Assembly: GCA_964016885.1 (NCBI GenBank)
Contig: OZ024740.1
Coordinates: forward strand, 346,890,001 to 346,954,000
DNA: 64,000 bases
From: Eledone cirrhosa
Lineage: Eukaryota
Direction: 5' to 3'
This document shows, in pieces, positions 54,500 through 64,000 of this stretch; position 1 is the first letter of the stretch, and every line of letters begins with the position of its first letter. Below the pieces are notes generated by a model. It saw nothing but the letters and a program-made list of their open reading frames with translations. It searched no databases and was not told the origin of the DNA. Position numbers and translations under genes: made by a program.

Positions 54500-55386
54500 G
54501 TTCATAGAATTGATAATAAAACTGTTTCAGTACCATCGTATTAAACTGTATGCTAGACAAACGAAACTGCGTCGTCTACAAAATAACCACTTTCAGAACA
54601 TTCAAATTCCGGAATGTTTATCTTTTAGCATTAGTATATTTTAGCACCCTTACATTTCAACGTATGTAAACACGATCTTCCCACAGATATGCAAAACCTA
54701 GAATTACGGACATAGGTGGCGTTAAAGTCACATCCTCCATCCAAAATTCCGATGTTGGTGCATACACATTTTAACAATATTTGAAACACTTAGATTCTTG
54801 ATTCTATAAGTAGCAAATCAAGCGCTACTTACCAATGACACCTGAAAACATTTAACTCAAAAAACAATCACACTCAACAATATAAGAAAAACATACGAGA
54901 AACTCATACATATTCTCCACAATAAACACATATTTACTGTTTGATTTGAGAAACACTTCCGGATGGAAATTACCCTTGGATGAAATTCTAATCAGGATTT
55001 GTAATGCAGCAAGTGTGCGTTAGAGGAAGCGAAAACAGACATCAGAATTGTTATCCATTATCACGCATTGTAGCGGTTTTCATTTGATTTTATATTGAAC
55101 TGTTTCTGTTAAGAAAATTCGTGGCATTGGTTAGACAATAGTTACTGCCAGTGAAAAGAGCCCGGTTGGATTAAAACAGGGATTAAAACACTACGTCAGC
55201 TGAACATAAAAAAATCTGTGACCATCATTCATAAGACATCCTTTCTACAGCTCTTTGGGTGACGTCTTTCCTTAGTCAAGCGAAAATTAGTATTGCTTAC
55301 CTGGATTCTAGTATTTTGTTAATAGTTAGGAGATATCTACTCGTCGAGCACTGTGGCACGAAGAACGTTAACCTTTCCATTATTTA

Positions 55387-55770
55387 GTGGTGGATTGGCA
55401 GTATCGGTAGAGGGTTTGACGCCATGCTTTCCAGCATAGTTACGTCCCTTTACGATCTGAGTTCAAATCCCGCCGAGGTTGACTTTGCCTTTCATCCTTA
55501 CGGGGTCGATAAAATAAAGTACCAGTAATGCACTGGGTAATTGCTGGCCTTGTGCCTAAAGTAGAAACAATTATTTAGTGACGTGAGGGCGGTCGATTAA
55601 CAGTATCGGTAGAGGGTCGGACGCCATGCTTTCCAGCATAGAATTATGGCCCTTTATGGGGTCGATAAAATAAGGTACCAGTCACGCACTGGGGTCGTTT
55701 TACTCGACTTTCCTCTTCTCCCAAATTGCTGCCCTTGTGCCTATATAAGACACCCTTATTTAGTGACGTG
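55387..55770 (+). mobile_element. Two SINEs inserted at the same target
   Basis: tatttagtg occurs at 55381, 55572 and 55757; ttatttagtgacgtg flanks the second copy. Confidence 0.85.
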
Positions 55771-56496
55771 GCAACCTTGAGTGACATTGTTTGCAGGGAC
55801 AGTCTACACATCTACATATTTATTACATTTCGCAGATGTCTGGTAATGTAATCAAGGGGTGATTTCGCTTCATGATGCGAATTAAGGATAAAACAGTGCG
55901 TCTATTTCGACAGTCAGGACGGTGCACAAGATGAGCAGCCAGAATTTCAGACACACTTGAAAGTGAGGACGAATACTTTCTTCCTCAGAAGAACATTTTG
56001 AAATACCACTCGCAGGAAGGTTGGAATATGGGTTATGTTTCACCTTTCGGTAAAATTGTTAAAATGTGTGACTATTCTCAGCATGCATTGTATAAAAGTG
56101 AACTCAGCTGGTCGAAGGCTTCCATGTATAACATTCCTATTGGTATGTTTCGTTTCATTTACATTATAGTGTTGATATTTTTATATCTCATGTTTCATAT
56201 ACAATTGTATTTTGTTTCGTTTTCTTTTGATTTGTTTCTTTCGTTTGTTTGTTTGTTTGTTTTTTTATGTTTTTTTTTAGTTTGCCCGTTATCTGACGAA
56301 TATCGGACAAAGTAAAGAAATGTATATATTATGCATTATTATCTCTGAAACGATGGTAAATCGAAGTTAAGTTTTATTGTAACAAATGACCAGAGGTTCC
56401 AAAATTTCCTCCACATTTAAGTCTCTAAGACTTTTCACAAAATGTTTGTTTTTCACAAAAAGGCTGTCGTTTATCATGTGCATGTTTTTACTTGTA

Positions 56497-57725
56497 TTAT
56501 TATTAATATAGGTACTTTATTATTATTAATATAGGTACATTATTTTATCGACCCCTTACGGGGTCGATAAAATAAAGTACCAGCAATGCACTGGGTAATT
56601 GCTGGCCTTGTGCATAAAGTAGAAACAATTATTATTAATATAGGTATAATATCAGGGCGGTGGATAAAAGAGGGTCTGGCGCCATGCTTTGCAGCAAAGA
56701 GTTACGGCCCTTTATGGTCTGAGTTCAAATCCCGCCAAGGTTAACTTTGCCTTTCATCTTTACGGGGTCGATAAAATAAAGCACCAGTAATGCACTCGGG
56801 TCGATTTATTCGACTTTTCCTTCCCCTCAAAAACATTGCTGGCCTTGTGCCTAAATTAGAAACAATTATTAATATTATAGGGCGATGGAGTGGCAGTATC
56901 GGTACCGCGTCGAACACCAAGTTTTGCAGCATAGAGTTACGGTCTTTTCTTTCTGTTCAAATCCCGCCGAGGTTATCTTTGCATTTCAACCGTACGGGAT
57001 CGATAAGATAAAGCAACAGTAATTTGCTGGTCTTGTGCCAAAAGCAACAGTAATTGCTGGTCTTGTGCCAAAAGTAGAAAAAATTATTATTAATATTGTT
57101 ATTGGCAGAATCTGTAGAGCGTCGGACACCATGCTTCGCAGCATAGAGTTACGATTCTTTACTGTCTGAGTTCAAATCCACCGAAGTTAACTTTGCCTTT
57201 CACCGTTACGGGGTCGATAAAATAAAGCACCAGTAACGTACTGAGGTTGATTTAATCGACGTTCCCCTCAACCCAAATTACTGGCCTTGTGCCTATAAAG
57301 TAATCCTTATGATGGATTGGCAGTAAGGGGTGGTGGATTGGCAGTATCGATAGAGAGTCGGACGCGATGCTTTCCAGCATAGTTACGTCCCTTTACCGTC
57401 TGAGCACAAATCCCGCCGAGGTTAACTTTGCCTTTCATCCTGACGGGGTCGATAAAATAAAGTACCAGTAATGTACTGGGTAATTGCTGGGCTTGTGCCA
57501 ACAGGAGAAACAATTATTATTAATATTATAGGGCGATAGATTGGCAGAATCGGTAGCGCGTCGAACACTATGTTCTCAGTTCAAATCCCGTCGGGGTTAG
57601 CTTTGCCTTTCGCCGTTACGGTGTGGATAAAATAAAGCACAAGTTATGCACTGGAGTCAATTTAAACGACTTTCGCCTCCCCTTCAAATTGCTGGCGTTG
57701 TGCCTAAAGTAGAAACAGTTATTAT
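56497..57725 (+). mobile_element. Head-to-tail cluster of ~6 SINE copies or fragments
   Basis: Repeated A/B boxes, cores and tails separated by attattaatatt spacers. Confidence 0.9.
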
Positions 57726-58048
57726 CACCACTTGTATTGTACATTCCAAGCGCGAGGCTGAATAATTTCATGATCAAATATCCAAAGGATACCTATTTTT
57801 CTTTTTTGTTTTTCTTGTTTTTCGTCACTATTTTTCAGTTGATATAAATCTAAACAACTTCGATATTTTTATTCTAATATTGTTTTATTTCACTATTTAT
57901 TTTAATGTATATTCAGTATTATTTTACGACTGCTGGGATATACACCTTTTGTCTATCTCAAACATCCTTTTAGAAAAGCTAAGTACCATCTACACACATA
58001 CATACTATACACAGACACACATACACACACGCACATACACACACACAT

Positions 58049-58081
<33 letters not shown>

Positions 58082-58970
58082 ATGAGAGAGAGAGAGACAG
58101 ACAAACAGGCAGACAGAGAGATAGAGTGATATAGATACGTACATATGTATACTCGTGTATATATATATATATGTGTGTATGTATGTATGTATATATAATT
58201 GTAATGTGCGTGTGTGTATCTGTTTGTTTGTATGTGTACGCATACTCCAACGACCGCGCGCTCTTTAACAAAACTTAGTGCCATCAATACTATCTGAAAT
58301 GAACACCACAATTCCACAAAGATTACTGACATAGCTTACACAGGTCTTCTATCTCATTTCATATTGAATAACTGAATAACCCTCTCTAAGTCTCTCTTGC
58401 TCTTTGTCTCACTCCTTCTATCTTTTTTCGTCTAACTCTGACATTTTTCAAACACGTCCTTTTAAAAAAAAAATATTTTCTGTTTTCTGTAGAGTGTTGT
58501 AGATTTGTTGTTATTTTATTTTTGTTTCTTTTATCTGCTTGCTTACTGTTGGCAACCGTACCACGTGACTGTTAATCGGCACATTTCCGTTGTTATTTCC
58601 CCCCGTGATTAGTATCCCCAGGGCAGTAATGAAATTCCGGACCAGCTCGGTATAGATTCGATGATTCGGTAACGAGTGGCAACACTCCCACACGACTTCC
58701 ATTTCAAATTCCCTCTCTCTTATCCTCTCTCCCGCTCCCTCTTTCTATCTCTCCCTCCTCTCACTCTCTCACTCTCTCTCTGATTCGCTCTCTCGTTCTC
58801 CCGTTCTCTCTTTCTTTCTCTTTTTCTCCCTCTCTCTCCTCATCTATTTCTAACTTTCATTCTACTTCTGTCTATCTGTCTATCTTTCTCATTCATTCTT
58901 TCTCGACAAACATTTCATTTATTCTTTTTCCTGTCTCTTCTTTTCACGCTTGTATACTTTCTACACACCC

Positions 58971-59013
<43 letters not shown>

Positions 59014-59574
59014 TTCAGTTATGTTTCTATTCTACGTGTTCTTTTCTATATCATCTCTAATTCATTCTCTTCACTTTTGTCCAGAAGCTTCTAATCAAAC
59101 AGCACGCTTCGCAAGAGGGAAAACACAATGTATAAGTGGTTTTGTGTGCATATATGCATGTATTTTGTTGGCATATGTGGCATATAAAATGTGTTTCACT
59201 GTCTTTTTTTTTCAAACTACATTACATTTCTTTATATGGGATTATAATCGTGTGCGAGTACTTGCGTTCCGTAAGTGTGTTTTTGTTTATGTATGCATAT
59301 GGAAAGTTTTTTAGCATGTTTACGTATATATGTATTTTACATTTTTTGTCCACATGTGTATGTTCGTGTATATGGATGTGTGTATATATGGATGTGTGTA
59401 TATATGAGTGTGTGTTTGCATGTGCGTGCGTTCGTAGGTTTTTCTAGGCATGCGCATGTTTTGAAGCAAACTTGCTTTAATAAACACGGGTGTCATTGTG
59501 GGTTGAATCGCGGAGTTATGTGCATGCGTGTAAAATCTCATTGGAAATCTGTATAAAGAAACATACATATGTAA

Positions 59575-59654
<80 letters not shown>

Positions 59655-59673
59655 ATATATGGATATGTATGTG

Positions 59674-59709
<36 letters not shown>

Positions 59710-60502
59710 CGTGAGTGTGTGAATGTGTGTGTGAATGTGTGTGTGGGGGAGAGACAGAAAGTGTGTGTGGGATTATGCGTATGCTATTTATATTACGAGC
59801 GTATAAACTTGCCGATATAAAGAGGTTGAAAGTAGACACGCTTTTCGCTAGCTTTCTATTTTAGAGATTTCTTCTCATGCTGTTTGCTATATCTCTCTTT
59901 TCTATCTGTCTTTGTTATTTACACATTTCTTGCCCTTCTCATTCCTCAATGGATGTGAATATGCTTTTGTTCTTGTCTGCTGCCTGCGTATGTAGCACAA
60001 ATGTAAATGTGTGCTAACTTGAAATGTGAGATAGTGTGGGTGGTGTATTTATTGGTGGGGGAAATAATTAGATAGAAGTATATTGAAAGTTAGAAAGACA
60101 AGAACGAATAGAGAAAGCGAGAAGCAGTGACAGAAGGAAAGAGGGAAAAGAAAGAATGAGAAAAATGAAGTATTAGAAAAGACATCCACGTTATTTCCTT
60201 GCATATGTACCGGAAATAGAAAACGTAATGGTGTTGTATGCGATTGGCAATGTCTATCAAAAGGCATATTCGCTTTTTTCTATTTCCCTTCTCCCTCCCA
60301 TTCTTTCTATTTTACAATAACATCTAGCAGGGAAATTGTCTTTCGTTCAGAATAAATACCTTAACACAGTTATGAGAACAGAATATGTTCACTTGTTGCA
60401 TTTAGACAATATGCATTCAAACACGTACATATACGTACATACATATATGTGCACACAAACACACATATAAAATATATATATATATATATATATATATACA
60501 AA

Positions 60503-60567
<65 letters not shown>

Positions 60568-60611
60568 GCATATGTGTATATACATAGATGTATATATATC
60601 TATATATAGGC

Positions 60612-60655
<44 letters not shown>

Positions 60656-60785
60656 GTCTATGTGTGTGTGTGTCTGTATGTATAAATATATAAATAAATA
60701 AGTATATATATATATATATATATGTATACATGAACATATAAACAAAAATATATATATGTATGTATGCATATATATATATATATAC

Positions 60786-60869
<84 letters not shown>

Positions 60870-61225
60870 CGTGCCACTGGCTCTGAGGACTCATATGTTC
60901 ACATTACTTGACTAAAGGTTGCAGCTGACATTACGAGAGATGTTTCCAGAAACTCATTTATTTTTCATTGCTTAAAAAGCAAAGAAAAAATATAATAAAC
61001 AGATGCAGGTCTCTTCTAGAGATATAGATGTTCACATTCTTATATTCCATTGTACGACATAGTTGTTGCATTGCGTATGAGATTTGATCGTGCTCGTAAT
61101 TTTTCGGATTCCAAAAAATGTATTCATATTCAGTTTGTCTTTCTCCTTTTTTTACAGAGACAACCAAATAATTCCCCCTAGGTTATTAATTACTACACAC
61201 GATTTAGTATATGTAATGTATATGT

Positions 61226-61285
<60 letters not shown>

Positions 61286-61364
61286 TGACATAAGACAAGG
61301 ATAGGATATATATGTATCTCTCTGTCATTCCCTCTTTCTCACTCTCTTGCTTTCTCAATCTGTT

Positions 61365-61403
<39 letters not shown>

Positions 61404-62159
61404 GTTACATATATCTACCTATAAGTATGTAGATATTGTGTGTGTATCTATGTGCATACATATATCAATATATTCTATTAATTCCATACGCATTTAGTAA
61501 ATTCTATTTTTACTCACAATGAATCGGTTCAAACAGCCGTTAATATACTGCCACAACTATGAACGGAAACAAAAAAAATTTTTTTTCCGGCATGAGAATC
61601 TGTTAATATATCATAGATCCACAGACAAATAGGTGCCTACACTCTATACTATTGATGATTGATGAGCCTGAGTTTGTGATACTGCATTTTCCAACAAAAT
61701 TCTGTCAGAGAAATGATAGGATATTGTGAAATGGCAAATATTACAAATGAATTACTTCACCTTGATCAGAAAGATAATACTTATTAATATGAATACATTA
61801 CTTGTCATGACCCTCAAAATATTATGCAGTATTTTACTTTCCATGAAAATACGGTATATGTTAAGGGAAATTTAGCTGTTTTTTTGTACCAAGTCTAGCA
61901 GGTCGAACGAAAGTTGTCTTTCATACGAGATTAAAGTATTACTAGATACGCCATTGTATTCACAAATATATAAAACAGAGAAACGAAGTTGTCTTTACTC
62001 TGAATGAGAAAGTTTTTATACTGCCTGGCACTCTATGTTCTACAATATTATGAAATATTGTCAAATATTAATATTATATCAGAGCAGGCTCAACATGTTT
62101 ATCCGTTATTTTAAGCCTTATTTGGCCGTTTAACTTTATCTTTCGGCATACGGCAATTG

Positions 62160-62510
62160 TCAGTTCGAGTCGCACAGGTGACGCTGTCCATATTTGTCCG
62201 TCTCTAGAGGCTTATACATTCAACTTATTATTATTAGGAAAAAACCTACTCTGAAGCTGATTGTTTCAAACTAACATATATTCGACGTTTCTAATAGGAT
62301 GAACTTTTCTAAATATACGATTTTTTATTTATCTACAAACTGAAAGAAAATGCTTAAAATGATAAATTCATTGTCACTTCGTCTTTTTTTTATGGTAAGT
62401 GTGATTTCGAGTCTCATAAGCGACGTTGCCATATTTTCCCGTCTCTCGGGGTTTTCATACCCAAATTGCTAGGCTATTTTTATAGTAAAGAATCTACGTT
62501 GAAGCGGTGA
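62160..62510 (+). repeat. Old diverged direct repeat (~243-bp period)
   Basis: ttcgagtcgcacaggtgacgctgtccatatttgtccgtctct versus ttcgagtctcataagcgacgttgccatattttcccgtctct. Confidence 0.6.
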
Positions 62511-64000
62511 ACTGAATGCGAATATATATTCAGAATTCGAGAGTGAGAGGAGAAATATACGTGAGTGTATGTACATACATTCAGTAGACACTAGATTTAT
62601 ATTTAGCTACTATTACTTTCGGGTTTAAATCGTCATTAGTGATAACAAATACAAACAATATATATGATGCATAGATATTGTTTTCTCACATATGTAATGG
62701 ATTGTAAGCATAAGATTATATTGTCAAAATTTACTTTAGTAAAATTGCCATTTAAGAATTGAATAAGACAGTGCGGCAAGACATGTTTTGAATTCATCGT
62801 TTTTCCGTCAACTTTACATTTACATAAGCTTGTCGAAATATGCTATGGAGGTCTTGGAAGCAGACTGAATCATATTTTATATTTGCACATGCGCTGCACC
62901 AAATGAAGTAAGTCAAGACAGAAATCGAATAATTTGAGATATTTTCATTATATATGTAACATATCAACCTCATGTTTTACGTATAAATCATCATGAAATA
63001 AATACGCATTTAAAAAACTAAACTTAAATTTTATAGATATGCTGCTGTTAAAATTAAACATTCACTATTATAGCATTTTCGCTTTAACATCGGCAAACTC
63101 AGTTAAAAATCGACTGTTGGAGAGAGACTTTCGTGAGAAAAAGCAATTTATTACTTTACACTATTATGGTGGTAGTATTGGACGCAAATTCCATAATAAA
63201 TGTTTATAAATTAAACAAATGAAAGAAACATTTATTGAAAAATAAACTTGTATTCTCGGCTGCGATTGGGTAACGATATAATTTATGGAAACATGTTACA
63301 TGTCAGTTAGTGTCAAATTAGGGTTCAGCAAAATCAATATGAACATGTTCAACTTTCAAAAGTGTGTTGACAAGGATGTTATTTTGAAATTGCTAATAAT
63401 TCATGGTGTTTAAACCTTGGAGGAAATACTAGTAAATTGATAGTGAATAGCAATAATTTTCACAATACAATAAAGAGAGGATTAAATGTTGCAGAACAAC
63501 AATAAAACAGGTATTTGTGTACTGCGCACAATTCCCGATGACATTGCATTCAAATGTACCAAATTTGATTTGATTATTCTCATTCATTACATAATTACAC
63601 TTTGAACCGTTGTTACATTTCTGTTATTATATATGTTATGTTTTTTATTTGCTGGAAATTCAGATTTCCTTCATCTCAACGCCATATATGAAAATCAGGA
63701 CTTTAATGTTCTCACAATTTAGTCGGTGCTATAAAATCGCAACCCGTCTAATATAAAGCTATCGTCTCAATCTTTTAGAAAAGTTGTAAGTCAATAAAAT
63801 ACATTATATTATATAGCTCCCAATACACAGCTGTGCGTTCAAATTCATCTAAGATCATCCGCTTCCATTTATCTTTCATCCCTCTGGTATTGTGCAAAAT
63901 CAATTCCACATATTGAATCATTAAATACTTCGCCATTCGCAAAATACAATATAACATTCGAGAGTAACAAATGTAAATTATGAAACATGAAAAGGCAAAA

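Overview
Eukaryotic (animal) genomic DNA. It is AT-rich, with very dense (TA)n/(CA)n/(GA)n microsatellites and dozens of transposon remnants. The repeat profile suggests an octopus/cephalopod genome, which is an inference I cannot confirm here. No intact host gene is recognisable, and almost all listed ORFs are microsatellite translation artefacts. Recognisable protein remnants are: Penelope RT + GIY-YIG, a CRE-clade RT, an L1/Tx1 ORF2 C-terminus, RTE-type RT pieces, a mariner transposase, a Helitron Pif1 helicase and a Chapaev3-like transposase. A tRNA-derived SINE is present in about 20 copies. The main signal is a set of unrelated, mostly non-coding elements embedded in (TA)n tracts. They occur as tandem and/or inverted repeats, and each carries a type I hammerhead ribozyme (HHR) motif with a palindromic stem III, the architecture of Penelope pLTRs and retrozymes. 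The best example is a near-identical 591-bp tandem array (16695-18937). It has one HHR per unit with a compensatory U3-A8 core (UUGAUAA) and a long stem II, which predicts a 591-nt monomeric or circular RNA. All folds were done by eye and none has been computed or tested.
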